A DNA stretch of 64,000 bases, from IMG/VR virus record IMGVR_UViG_3300025018_000091; one strand, given 5' to 3'. The notes beneath the pieces were generated by a model. The model was given only the letters and a program-made list of their open reading frames with translations. It was not told the origin of the DNA and made no database searches. A program made the position numbers and the translations under genes. Source of the DNA: a virus. Its lineage: Duplodnaviria > Caudoviricetes. Positions 9,265 through 18,955 of this stretch are shown here, piece by piece. Numbering within the stretch: position 1 is the stretch's first letter; every line of letters starts with the position of its first letter.

Positions 9265-10176
9265 TTATCTAGGGATGGATTGAAAATAATCAAACAAACT
9301 TATTTCATTGAATGATTTTCTTACAGGGTCAACACTACATATTGCAAACTCTTGCTTTATAGCGTCAATATATTGTGTATGGCTCCCCTCATTTCCCATG
9401 TAGAACTTGTTCCAAGCATCATCAGTAAAGAACCTTTTAAGGTTCAATTGCTCAATGGCAAGATTATCAAAGGATAGAGTGAGGTTATTTTCCTTAAAGA
9501 AAGAAGATAAAAACCTAAACCAACGAAGTTTGTTTTTATCAATAGACTCTTTGTTAGAAGCATAGTGAGGGTTACCATTTCCATAGTCCTTATATCCAAG
9601 GACCAAAACCTTACAAGACTCTCCACCATTATCCTTCACAAACTTTTGTAGGTCATCAATTTCATAAACACTATTGATTCCCATGATAAGATGGAATACC
9701 ATATTAGAAGTCAATGGCACAAAAGGTGCGATATCTGCTTGATACTTGGTTCCATTGTAGGAGACGCCAAGACCATAGATCAGTCCCTCTAGAAGAGTAC
9801 GAATCTCAGCAGCATATGGTTTGAAATGTTTTTGATTTACAGTCATGTTGGGAACCAAACCACGAGTTTTTAGCTCTCGAAGGAATGGTAGAAGGTCTGG
9901 GTGGGAAAGAGGATTACCACCACCAATTGCAATCTCTACCCCAGCAGGTAGATCTTTGATTACATCAAGCAGGCGATTAAGATCAGCATGCTTTCCAGTC
10001 GTGGAAGATTTCTCATGGCACCAACGACACCCACCATCACAGTAATTCGTAATCTTCACATCCATTGACTCTGGGTGTGCTGGCATTGGCTTGCCATCAA
10101 ATTCACGAATTTTTGTCCCGTCATCATATAGCGAGACATGAGTATTACCATTAGTATAACTATGAAGTAGATTCAT
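9265..10176 (-). CDS. radical SAM protein
   Basis: DVKITNYCDGGCRWCHE (CxxxCxxC), AIGGGNPLSHP. Confidence 0.9.
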   Translation of the reverse strand: MNLLHSYTNGNTHVSLYDDGTKIREFDGKPMPAHPESMDVKITNYCDGGCRWCHEKSSTTGKHADLNRLLDVIKDLPAGVEIAIGGGNPLSHPDLLPFLRELKTRGLVPNMTVNQKHFKPYAAEIRTLLEGLIYGLGVSYNGTKYQADIAPFVPLTSNMVFHLIMGINSVYEIDDLQKFVKDNGGESCKVLVLGYKDYGNGNPHYASNKESIDKNKLRWFRFLSSFFKENNLTLSFDNLAIEQLNLKRFFTDDAWNKFYMGNEGSHTQYIDAIKQEFAICSVDPVRKSFNEISLFDYFQSIPR

Positions 10177-10188
10177 TATTATCCTTTA

Positions 10189-10620
10189 TCAATCGTAACC
10201 AACCACCGCGCTGATTTCCGAGTCTGGATTGAAAACAAAGTTCTTGATATCTCGCATAGAGCCTGTTGCTTCAGAGATATAAGATAGAAACTTCGATGAG
10301 ACATAAGTGTTTCGGTCTGGTCCTTGAAGCCTGATATTGACCACAATATGTTCTGCCCCAGTTTGTTTTTTCAGAACATCTTCAAGCATTTTTTGAACTT
10401 GGTCATTACCAGTAACATAACAATACGCAGCAATAGCATTTGCCTTCTGCAACGCATCACTGATGTAAAACTCAAACTTAGAGAAGTCACCACCATTCAG
10501 AATGATATTCCCCATCTTATCTGGATTGAGTACGTCCAATCTACCTTCAGTTTCGATATTGCAAGTAAACGAATGGGAGCTGGATGAATTGGTTTCAAAA
10601 ACATTATGTCTAATTTGCAT
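10189..10620 (-). CDS. FETNSSSSHS-motif protein 1
   Basis: MQIRHNVFETNSSSSHS. Confidence 0.8.
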   Translation of the reverse strand: MQIRHNVFETNSSSSHSFTCNIETEGRLDVLNPDKMGNIILNGGDFSKFEFYISDALQKANAIAAYCYVTGNDQVQKMLEDVLKKQTGAEHIVVNIRLQGPDRNTYVSSKFLSYISEATGSMRDIKNFVFNPDSEISAVVGYD

Positions 10621-10630
10621 GTTACTTTCC

Positions 10631-11431
10631 TTATAATTCTACAATTTTGAATTGTAAATCAAGTGTGTCTAGAATTTCCTCGCCTAGATATTTATCGTCT
10701 TTATATCTCGTCTTTAGTTTGTACATAGTAATAATCCCATTATTAATTTTTGTTAATGATGAAAATTGATTTCCTTTAAGGTCACGTCGATTATGTTCGA
10801 CGAAAGTCCAATACGGAATCTCATTACCATTAGAATCATAATGACTATTATTCCAATAATCATTGAGTGGATGACGTTCCATGATCGAATCAATTGCTTC
10901 ATCCAAAGCCTCAGCAGTTGGAATACCAGTGAACTTGTAAACAAGATCGCATTCATCAATCTCAAATTGATGAGTAAAAACAACATTACTTCCGACATCA
11001 TAGAAATTTGGAGGAGGACTTGTTTCATCAGAACCAGTAAAGATATAGGATTCTGAATTGAAAATTAGATTCTTTAGAGTTTCCTCATCTTCAAACCCTT
11101 CAAAAGAATTTCTAACAGACTCATGATCAATATATGAATCTTGATTAATAACGAATTTCACTTCACTAGCGCCAGTATGGTCTTGGATTACTTTTCGTAG
11201 CATATCCAATTTGGATTGTTCACCCTGACAATCACTTACGCAATAGCTAGCTTTAGTGAGAGGATCATTATATGCTTCCCACTCACGACCAAAACCCAAA
11301 CCTGTTATGGTAATGACCCCATTATCATCGCACTCAATAGTATCAAGAATACCAGTAGTATCGGTAGAAATTGAAATAGAGTGAGAACTTGAAGAATTAG
11401 TTTCGAAGACATTATTTCTTATATTTATCAT
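10631..11431 (-). CDS. FETNSSSSHS-motif protein 2 (C-terminal extension)
   Basis: MINIRNNVFETNSSSSHS. Confidence 0.8.
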   Translation of the reverse strand: MINIRNNVFETNSSSSHSISISTDTTGILDTIECDDNGVITITGLGFGREWEAYNDPLTKASYCVSDCQGEQSKLDMLRKVIQDHTGASEVKFVINQDSYIDHESVRNSFEGFEDEETLKNLIFNSESYIFTGSDETSPPPNFYDVGSNVVFTHQFEIDECDLVYKFTGIPTAEALDEAIDSIMERHPLNDYWNNSHYDSNGNEIPYWTFVEHNRRDLKGNQFSSLTKINNGIITMYKLKTRYKDDKYLGEEILDTLDLQFKIVEL

Positions 11432-11434
11432 GGC

Positions 11435-11863
11435 TTAGTGGTTATCGTTATCCAGCGTAAGATACGACTCTGGGTTAAAAAGAAATCGTTTCAAAGTATT
11501 ACGACTCTGAAATGCGTCTTGACTTGTTCCTTGAGATTGATGATCAATGTAACTATAATTACCAGAATTCCAATCAGTATTGATATTGATCACAACCTCT
11601 TTGCAACCAGTATGTTCTTTGATAACACTAATTAGCATTTCTTTTTCTTCTGGGTTGTCATAACAATCAACCGCACAATAGTTTGCCTTAGTCTCGGCAT
11701 CAAAGAAATCTCCACCAGACCACCCAAACTCACCACCATTCAAAGTGATAACACCATTCTCATCTTGTTCTAAATCATCAAACAAATTATCTTTTGTAGA
11801 AATTGAAATTGAATGAGAACTAGACGAATTAGTCTCGAACACATTGCGTCGAATGTTTTTCAT
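11435..11863 (-). CDS. FETNSSSSHS-motif protein 3
   Basis: MKNIRRNVFETNSSSSHS. Confidence 0.8.
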   Translation of the reverse strand: MKNIRRNVFETNSSSSHSISISTKDNLFDDLEQDENGVITLNGGEFGWSGGDFFDAETKANYCAVDCYDNPEEKEMLISVIKEHTGCKEVVININTDWNSGNYSYIDHQSQGTSQDAFQSRNTLKRFLFNPESYLTLDNDNH

Positions 11864-11865
11864 GA

Positions 11866-12351
11866 TTATTCCTTAAATGAATCTGAATACTTAGAGAATT
11901 CTTTTAGAATCATTCCGCGTTCATTAGTGATATGTTTACCAGACTTAAGAGCATCAATTCTTTTATTGAGAAATAACATTTCCTCATCAATGTCTTTTTG
12001 CTTGTTTCCAAGCCAATAAGCTAGTTGACCGCTACTGATATACTGTTCAGTATGCTCTAGCCAATCACATTCGACTTGATCTCTAGGAAGCTCGGGTTCA
12101 ACTCCACAATGGTTTAGAGAACAATAACCGCCAAATGGAGATACCTGAAAATCGATATTCATGATATACCAGCCACGACCAGTTCGCCTGATATCTGGAT
12201 CAATGCCGATAATACGAATGTTGAACGCAGAACAATCATTAATGATATCGCCCGGCTTTAGAGTTAAAGCCCACTTGAGATTAGCTTCCCTTCGACGATT
12301 CACCTGGCTCCTTACGAGAAGACGAGATACATGCTTATATAGTTTAGCCAT
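11866..12351 (-). CDS. hypothetical protein
   Basis: track ORF. Confidence 0.7.
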   Translation of the reverse strand: MAKLYKHVSRLLVRSQVNRRREANLKWALTLKPGDIINDCSAFNIRIIGIDPDIRRTGRGWYIMNIDFQVSPFGGYCSLNHCGVEPELPRDQVECDWLEHTEQYISSGQLAYWLGNKQKDIDEEMLFLNKRIDALKSGKHITNERGMILKEFSKYSDSFKE

Positions 12352-12409
12352 TGATTTTGTCTTTCAAAGCTTTTAGAGATTTGATTCTTTTTGAACTTTT
12401 ATGCATAGT

Positions 12410-12437
12410 GATGCTAGGGGGAGTTGAACCCGCCGTT
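12410..12437 (-). pseudogene. tRNA 3'-end remnant (T-arm plus acceptor strand)
   Basis: GCGGG-TTCAACT-CCCCC-TAGCATC-A; no matching 5' half found. Confidence 0.35.
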
Positions 12438-12820
12438 TAATTATCAAATCTATCTGATATACCAGCATACTCTTGGATAGAGCCAAAAATGTTCTGAACC
12501 AATTCTGTAGAATTAATAGTTAATCTGGCAGTTCCAAATGGTAAACTGTTACCTCTTTTATTTTTACTATATTTTGATGTTTTATTTTCTGAAGATTTAG
12601 TAAAACATTCTATTGGAAGATCTAATGTTTCTTTCCAGAAAGTTTTTATTTTGTCAATAGAATGTAGTGCTGTGTGTGCATGAATTGCTACTCTTATTTT
12701 TTCTTTTGGAATATTGTAACATTCATATAGAAACTTCAGAAAAAATATAAGAAGGTCTGGATCTGAATTGGTTATTTGACAACAGTTTTTTCCTTTACTA
12801 CCTTCTCCCCAATATAGCAT
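12437..12820 (-). CDS. LAGLIDADG-like (LYWGEG-type) endonuclease, probably N-terminally truncated
   Basis: MLYWGEGSK...ITNSDP; frame stays open about 30 codons upstream (LHVAGC) without an ATG. Confidence 0.6.
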   Translation of the reverse strand: MLYWGEGSKGKNCCQITNSDPDLLIFFLKFLYECYNIPKEKIRVAIHAHTALHSIDKIKTFWKETLDLPIECFTKSSENKTSKYSKNKRGNSLPFGTARLTINSTELVQNIFGSIQEYAGISDRFDN

Positions 12821-12956
12821 ACAACCAGCAACATGTAACTGCTTTAGAATTCCCTCGCAAGCACAATTTCTCCTGCTTAGAAAGTCAACTTCGTATACCT
12901 CGGTGGTTAGCTATTCCGTTGAGGTTCGTAAATCAATTGTCCATAAGCGTTCTTTC

Positions 12957-13172
12957 TTAATTCAGATTCTTTGGCTTTGCGTATCTCAATTCTCCAAACT
13001 GAAGACCAAGCTCCGTTATGGAGTATTCAGGCTTTCCATCAACAACTCTTTTTTCAAAAAGCCCCTTGGCAATCAAACGTTCCATTGCAGCGTCGAAAAT
13101 GTCATCGGGTAAATTGACTTCACGTCTGTCTAAGACTTTGCTTATACCTTCGTATTTGTTTTTGTAATACAT
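12957..13172 (-). CDS. small winged-helix-like protein
   Basis: AMERLIAKGLFEKRVVDGKPEYSITELG. Confidence 0.6.
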   Translation of the reverse strand: MYYKNKYEGISKVLDRREVNLPDDIFDAAMERLIAKGLFEKRVVDGKPEYSITELGLQFGELRYAKPKNLN

Positions 13173-13173
13173 C

Positions 13174-13419
13174 TTACTTCATCTCCTCAAGTTTAGCTGG
13201 CATAGGTGTTACTTTATGATCGGGCTTTGTAGGTTCATCATCAACCTCTAGCTCAGCCCAATCATTGTCAAGTATCTGACCAGCTTTTATTATTAGGAAA
13301 AATTCCTCATTGCTAATATCAGGCATTAGTTCTCTGATATCAGGAATATCCAATCCTTTATTTAAGGAGATGGCAGCCTTATGAATGTAATATTCGATGT
13401 CAAGAATGGTGTCCCCCAA
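13174..13419 (-). CDS. hypothetical protein
   Basis: track ORF. Confidence 0.6.
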   Translation of the reverse strand: MGDTILDIEYYIHKAAISLNKGLDIPDIRELMPDISNEEFFLIIKAGQILDNDWAELEVDDEPTKPDHKVTPMPAKLEEMK

Positions 13420-13490
13420 TCATGTTAGGTTGGTCTTACCAATCCTGCCATAACTTAGCGCGGGATATTTCTTGCTACCCTAATACTATA

Positions 13491-13655
13491 TTATGCAACC
13501 CTCTGATACAATAGATAATCAATGCTATATTCCAGCCCTTTGGGAAGAAACCAGGCGATTTGCTTTTTTGCCTGAGTAACAGAGGGAGCTATTCCCCAAA
13601 CCTCATCGAACTGGTCTTTGATAATGAAGACCCTATCAATCTTACGAGTCTTCAT
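13491..13655 (-). CDS. hypothetical protein
   Basis: 3' part of track ORF, start MKTRKID. Confidence 0.5.
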   Translation of the reverse strand: MKTRKIDRVFIIKDQFDEVWGIAPSVTQAKKQIAWFLPKGLEYSIDYLLYQRVA

Positions 13656-13809
13656 CTTGACATGCCTTGCGGAATCGTTCCTTATTAAATCTTGGATTAT
13701 CACCTTCGAAAAATTCAACAAAGGTATCAATCAACATCTGAAATTCAGATTCAGTTGAATTTGTAAACTGAATTGTTTTTACAGCACGAAGATAATCTTT
13801 TTTAGTCAT
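13642..13809 (-). CDS. 55-aa protein MTKKDY...DNPRFNKERFRKAC; paralog of 4637..4942
   Basis: translated by hand; GGAG RBS; downstream of the element at 13881. Confidence 0.65.
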   Translation of the reverse strand: MTKKDYLRAVKTIQFTNSTESEFQMLIDTFVEFFEGDNPRFNKERFRKACQDEDS

Positions 13810-13880
13810 AGCGGTTTGTAACTCCTTGATTTTAAACTCTTTTTGATTAATGTTGCTTGGTGCCGCCTACACTACCTGGC

Positions 13881-13903
13881 TTGCCCCGCTCACTCGATGG
13901 GGC
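13881..13903 (-). promoter_or_regulatory. GCCCC-N13-GGGGC element, copy 1
   Basis: TTGCCCCGCTCACTCGATGGGGC on + strand; intergenic. Confidence 0.75.
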
Positions 13904-13915
13904 GCGATGGTTGCC

Positions 13916-14401
13916 TCACGCAATCATTTTTATATTTTCTTCGGCATAATCGTATATCAATATTCTGCCGTTTTTATCCATTCCTACTTGAGGACCATCA
14001 TTTAGCTCATTAGCCCAATCAGGAATCATCTCATATAGATCCTCGTCAAATGATTCATCCATTGGAGTAACGGCTCGCATCATTAATACATTCTCCTTCA
14101 CTAATCTACAAGGAGCATAATGACCACGACTATTAATATAGATATATCTCTCACGCTTATTGGATAGAATGCCCAATTCAACATATGCTATTTTGAGAAC
14201 TACATTTCCCCTTCGCCAAACACGACGGTCTTTTCCAGATGACAAGAAAATCCACCCTTGAGTTTCAAGGATGTTTTCTAGCTTTAGAGCTTGCATATAC
14301 CATTTATCATAGAAAATAGTTCTCATGGCACCATGTAAATTAATTTTCTTAGCAATGCTAAATAAAATTCCTTTAAGTTTTGTTAGCGTATTTGTTGGCA
14401 A
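13916..14401 (-). CDS. small protein-kinase-like protein
   Basis: SSGKDRRVW, VVLKIA, N..E, terminal IYDY resemble kinase subdomains. Confidence 0.45.
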   Translation of the reverse strand: MPTNTLTKLKGILFSIAKKINLHGAMRTIFYDKWYMQALKLENILETQGWIFLSSGKDRRVWRRGNVVLKIAYVELGILSNKRERYIYINSRGHYAPCRLVKENVLMMRAVTPMDESFDEDLYEMIPDWANELNDGPQVGMDKNGRILIYDYAEENIKMIA

Positions 14402-14774
14402 GTCTTACTCCCATGTAGCTTACCTCTTCCTTTTCAACCTTTTCTTTTTTATCTTTGGTCTTTGTAATTAGAATCTGATGACCAGAGTCAAATCCAATAT
14501 TGAATCGGTAAACCCAGAATGGATCAACTCCAAGATAATCACAAACTATCTTGAGCCAACCTTCTTGAAATCCATTGCGGACCAAATCTTCTCTGCCCAT
14601 TTTCAAAAGCACGGCACCAATAGCATCGCATGATACTGGATAGTCTGCCATATGGCACCTATATGCCGAGTCTCGAATACACCAATCGAATACGGCTCCA
14701 CCACGATTGATTCGCAAGCCGCAACTCTTGGCATAGATTAGAGCTTCTTCAATTAGAGATTCTGTTTGACCCAT
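14373..14774 (-). CDS. hypothetical protein
   Basis: track ORF. Confidence 0.7.
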   Translation of the reverse strand: MGQTESLIEEALIYAKSCGLRINRGGAVFDWCIRDSAYRCHMADYPVSCDAIGAVLLKMGREDLVRNGFQEGWLKIVCDYLGVDPFWVYRFNIGFDSGHQILITKTKDKKEKVEKEEVSYMGVRLANKYANKT

Positions 14775-14783
14775 AGTTTTCCT

Positions 14784-15206
14784 TTAGTCAGAAGAGTCGT
14801 AAGACATTATATACTTACACTTGGTGCATTCGCTAACATGATAGCAATGACCAAAATGAGAAATGCCCCTCGAATTACATTCTTTTTGATCCAAACTACG
14901 ATATTCATGTTTGCAACCAAAAGCAAAGTATTCAACCTTGCCCTGCCAGTAATCGGAATGCATAGCAATTCCGGTTCCATCATCAAACCAGAACATATGC
15001 AGCGTAATCATCTTGCCCCTGCGATTGGGAGTCAAGTCATCTTTGCTGGTTACATATGCCTGACGATATTCTGTAGCCTTTGGGCTATAGGTAAAGAACT
15101 GACTGGTGGCAAATTCTTTTTCAGAAATTCGACGCAGCCCAGTAGGCGGATCATTGAAGTCCGTTCCATCAGGAGACTTATCTGAAGTGTGGATTATTTT
15201 ATTCAT
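14784..15206 (-). CDS. hypothetical protein with C-terminal Zn ribbon
   Basis: CKH..ECN..CYH..ECTKC. Confidence 0.7.
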   Translation of the reverse strand: MNKIIHTSDKSPDGTDFNDPPTGLRRISEKEFATSQFFTYSPKATEYRQAYVTSKDDLTPNRRGKMITLHMFWFDDGTGIAMHSDYWQGKVEYFAFGCKHEYRSLDQKECNSRGISHFGHCYHVSECTKCKYIMSYDSSD

Positions 15207-15507
15207 TTTTGTCTAATCTCCTAAATTAATAGGCTAATGATTAATGATAATCGGTTTTGTTTTAATTAGATTCGAAAACTAATTACAACTCAAATTGAGG
15301 CGAGTTGCCTGCCTAAGTTGAAAGGATAGCTCGCAGTCGGTTACAACCACCAACATCATACAGTGTATACCCAGTGATGAATCGCGTAGGTGCCTTTACC
15401 GCTTGACTACTCATTATATTACCAGCAGCCCTTTAATTGTCCACCTAAACCATTCCAGCTACCCTAGCGCCATACTATTGATATGTAATCTCAAGTATAG
15501 CCATCAT

Positions 15508-16248
15508 TCATTCAGGACATGAATCCACTACATGTGCAGGATGTCCCATACTAACTAATATGTCAACTGTATATTGACAATCAGTCATACTCGTTGTTGC
15601 TAAGCAATTGCATTTTGTACCTGATTGCTCAGAATGATAGCAACACAAGTATGTTCCATCACAAGATGTAAGCTCTCCTGTTGCGGAATTACAAACTTGA
15701 TTCACAGTACACATACAAGCCCCACTTGATAGTTCTTCACAACACCAAGTGCCATTGCAGATGTTTTGCTGACACTGAATCGGACAGATACTGGTAACTT
15801 GCCACGTCCCAGAACTATCACAGAACTCTACATCACGATCCAAACACCTCTCATCACCAGGGTTACATTCTCCTGTGCAAATACCATCCTCACAAAGATA
15901 CTCACACTCTGGTTTTGTCTGCAACTCACCGTTTCCATTACAGAAAACGGGAGTTTTTCCTTGGCAAGAAAGTTCGCCAGGAACACAACCAGAAGTATCT
16001 TCCACTGAAGATTCAACAACATCCTCTGTGGAAGATTCAACAACATCCTTTGTGGAAGTCTCAGTTACATCAGGGACATCGACAACATCAGGAACAGATG
16101 TTTCAACAGAAGATTCAACATCCACATCAGCAGCAGCATCTGATGCATCTGGGACATTTACATCCGGGGAAGTTTCACTGTTCGTGAAATCACTTCCTCC
16201 ACATGATACCAACCCAGCAACCATGAATAGCAAGAATATTTTTTTCAT
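15508..16248 (-). CDS. Cys-rich lipoprotein with Ser/Thr/Asp/Val linker
   Basis: LVSC lipobox; PDVNVPDASDAAAD linker with DNA repeats; duplicated C-x-PG-x-C Cys modules. Confidence 0.8.
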   Translation of the reverse strand: MKKIFLLFMVAGLVSCGGSDFTNSETSPDVNVPDASDAAADVDVESSVETSVPDVVDVPDVTETSTKDVVESSTEDVVESSVEDTSGCVPGELSCQGKTPVFCNGNGELQTKPECEYLCEDGICTGECNPGDERCLDRDVEFCDSSGTWQVTSICPIQCQQNICNGTWCCEELSSGACMCTVNQVCNSATGELTSCDGTYLCCYHSEQSGTKCNCLATTSMTDCQYTVDILVSMGHPAHVVDSCPE

Positions 16249-16249
16249 T

Positions 16250-16468
16250 TCAACTCCCTGGTGGTTTACAAATGTTTGGGAACATAAGTCTAAAGCGCCT
16301 TAATTCTTCTTCTTTTTGTTCACATAACAACTTGTATTTAACCATTTTATTATTTAGTTTTCTAACATCTTTTTTCAAGGAATCAAGTTTAGACCTAACA
16401 TCCTCTAGATCTGCTTTATATTCAGTTAGTTCTTCTTCTAACTTTTCTTCTGTCGTCGTAGGCGTCAT
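16250..16468 (-). CDS. coiled-coil protein
   Basis: heptad-like charged sequence. Confidence 0.6.
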   Translation of the reverse strand: MTPTTTEEKLEEELTEYKADLEDVRSKLDSLKKDVRKLNNKMVKYKLLCEQKEEELRRFRLMFPNICKPPGS

Positions 16469-16626
16469 ATTAATTCCTTTCCTAAGAATAAGGTTTTAGG
16501 CGACCCCAGCATATAGCTGGAACCGCCCTAAAGAGGATAACCTTAAACCCCTACCCATCGAAGGCACCACCAATTTTTTGATTAGAAATTGGAAACTAGC
16601 TTTGCGCCAACATTGTTGGCAAATCT

Positions 16627-16908
16627 TCAGACGTTGCGAAGAAAGTTTGCAACCGAACCATCTTCAACCATTTGATTGTAAAGGCGCAAGCCTTCATCAG
16701 TCGCAGCAATTTCCTTCACAGTCTCATACCCACGACCAACTTCAATCTCAACCAACTCGCCCTCTTCCCAAACATTCTGTGTGTAGATTTTTTCACGAGT
16801 CTTTACAACAATACGATTCAATTTCTCTCCAGGCTTACTAAGTTTGCCAGTTACCATACAATAATACATTTTATTCTCCTTTAGATCTGGTAATAATATG
16901 TTATACAT
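16627..16908 (-). CDS. hypothetical protein
   Basis: track ORF; start uncertain. Confidence 0.65.
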   Translation of the reverse strand: MYNILLPDLKENKMYYCMVTGKLSKPGEKLNRIVVKTREKIYTQNVWEEGELVEIEVGRGYETVKEIAATDEGLRLYNQMVEDGSVANFLRNV

Positions 16909-16940
16909 TATAACAACACACTATATAACCAAAGTTTATC

Positions 16941-17888
16941 ATGAACGATACTATCAAATTATGTAAAAAATGTGGTTTAGAAAAACCATCCACCAATGAT
17001 TATTTTAGTTTATGCTGGAATAGAAAGGACGGATTCTATCCATATTGTAAGGATTGCGTAAATAAACGCAATAGAGAACGCCACAAAAATGGCAATATAA
17101 CATATAAAACTAAAATTAAAAAACAACGACTCGCATTGATTTCACGCAATCAAGAATATATATTTGGTTATTTGTCCCAAAAAAGCTGCATTGATTGCGG
17201 CGAAAATCGTTTAGGGGTTTTAGAGTTTGATCATGTAAGGGGTGAAAAGAAATATAGTTTATGCGAGATGGCTCATAATTCTATATCACTTAAAAAAATA
17301 ATAGAAGAAATATCTAAATGTGAGGTCAGATGTGCAAATTGTCATCGTTTAAAAACTAATAATCAATTCGGCTATTTACGAAATATTTTTGAAATACATG
17401 AACAAAACCAATCTATTCAATTACAAAACACACACAAATGGGATGATAAAATTTCATCTAGATATTGGAAACATGTTAATATACACCCAAATGATAACGC
17501 TTGCTGGGATTGGATTGGTGCCAAAAATGGCAAGAATATAGGCACGTTCAGGCTAAGTGAATATGATGGAACAATATTAGCTCACAGATTTTCATACGAA
17601 ATAACATTTGGATCCATACCAGATGGATACCTAATATCTCATACGTGTACTAATAATTTATGTGTTAATCCTAAACATTTGGTTCTTAGTACAAGGAGTG
17701 ATAATGCCAAATTACGTGAATTAAAACGCGGTAAACGTTTAAATTCAAAAACTAAACTAACAATCCATCAAATTAAAGAAATAAGAAAGTCTACAAAAAC
17801 TGCTAGTGCATTAGCTCGTGAATATAAGGTATCCAGGGGAACTATACGTAATGTACAAAATCATACTTATTTTAAATACATTACTTAA
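16941..17888 (+). CDS. tandem HNH / His-Me finger endonuclease with C-terminal HTH
   Basis: CIDCG..LEFDHV..CEVRCANCH and CWDW..AHRFSY..HTCTNNLCVNPKHL. Confidence 0.85.
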   Translation: MNDTIKLCKKCGLEKPSTNDYFSLCWNRKDGFYPYCKDCVNKRNRERHKNGNITYKTKIKKQRLALISRNQEYIFGYLSQKSCIDCGENRLGVLEFDHVRGEKKYSLCEMAHNSISLKKIIEEISKCEVRCANCHRLKTNNQFGYLRNIFEIHEQNQSIQLQNTHKWDDKISSRYWKHVNIHPNDNACWDWIGAKNGKNIGTFRLSEYDGTILAHRFSYEITFGSIPDGYLISHTCTNNLCVNPKHLVLSTRSDNAKLRELKRGKRLNSKTKLTIHQIKEIRKSTKTASALAREYKVSRGTIRNVQNHTYFKYIT

Positions 17889-17907
17889 GTTCTTTTTAAC
17901 CTTCCTT

Positions 17908-18168
17908 TCAGTCTTCAGAATTGAACTTCTTGTGCTTGCGAACAATCTCTACTTCCTTTTCCTCAGTAGGAGAAGGAGTAAACTTCGTCAATGAATCTGC
18001 TCGACAGATATAGGCATCATCGCCAAAATCCACCACAACAGCATTTCGCTCATTGCGAATCTCACACACAACTTCGCCCATCTTGGCTCCAAGATCAGCC
18101 CTACGACCCACATACTTTACTTTGTCACCAGGCAAAAAACTCATTATTCTTTTCTCCTTGTGTATCAA
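17908..18168 (-). CDS. small SH3-like beta-barrel protein
   Basis: FLPGDKVKYVG...G.V...VVVDF. Confidence 0.6.
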   Translation of the reverse strand: MIHKEKRIMSFLPGDKVKYVGRRADLGAKMGEVVCEIRNERNAVVVDFGDDAYICRADSLTKFTPSPTEEKEVEIVRKHKKFNSED

Positions 18169-18516
18169 TAATTAATTTAATATCAACAATTCAACAAATT
18201 ATTCGTGGTATTCTCTGGGTAAACGATACAAAGGAGTCAACCTTAATAGGCTCCAAAGTATCTACAGAATCATCCTAATTATAGGTTGAATGACTTGTGC
18301 AGATATCCAGCGCGCTGCACTACGCCCTGTAATCAAAATTTAATTAAATTTTGCATTGCACGCCTCAGACTACAGTTCAATTATTGGGTACAATATTGAG
18401 TCGCACATTTTATACGGCTTACCAGACGCTCAACAACCTGGCAGTATCGGCTCATTTACACAAATGAGCAAAGTCTTTTATGCGAGTGGAACACTATGCC
18501 TAATCAATTACATCTC

Positions 18517-18780
18517 TTACTCAATAGGACTAGGTTTAGGTTCCACCTGAACATCAGTAAAGGGTTGTTGAGTATCAATCAACAACAGCAACCCACCACA
18601 TTCTTCGTATGCTGCGTGCCACAAGAAATCCGCTTGTTCCTTTGTATTGGCAGCACCAACAACACGAAGACTCGTAAACGAATGACCAAATGGATTGCCA
18701 CCAACAATCAAGAATCTGTTGGGTTGAGTAAATCCAGGCTCGCCCCGATTTGCTTCAATCAATTTCTGAAAAGCATTCAT
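18517..18780 (-). CDS. hypothetical protein
   Basis: track ORF. Confidence 0.65.
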   Translation of the reverse strand: MNAFQKLIEANRGEPGFTQPNRFLIVGGNPFGHSFTSLRVVGAANTKEQADFLWHAAYEECGGLLLLIDTQQPFTDVQVEPKPSPIE

Positions 18781-18955
18781 ATTGGTTTCACTTCCTTGAA
18801 AAGAAACATCGTTCCAGAATATCCAGGTGTATTACGCTTGGAATCTAGAATGACAGATACGGCTTCAGGAGTATCAAAATTGGGAGGACCATTCCTAACA
18901 AAAGCGATAACTCCTTCACCTTGAGGAGTGAGGACTTTATCTTTAGCCTTCACTT

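Noticed and set aside
15300-15480. Possible ncRNA or tRNA-like D-arm fragment (TAGTCAAGCGGTAAAGGCACC); similar hints near 16500..16570 and 18300..18330
   Set aside because: No T-arm or closing acceptor stem was found, so too weak to call.
15950-16140. Tandem DNA repeats (AAGATTCAACAACATCC), also 35170..35240 and 47120..47220
   Set aside because: Explained by low-complexity peptide repeats in the encoded proteins.
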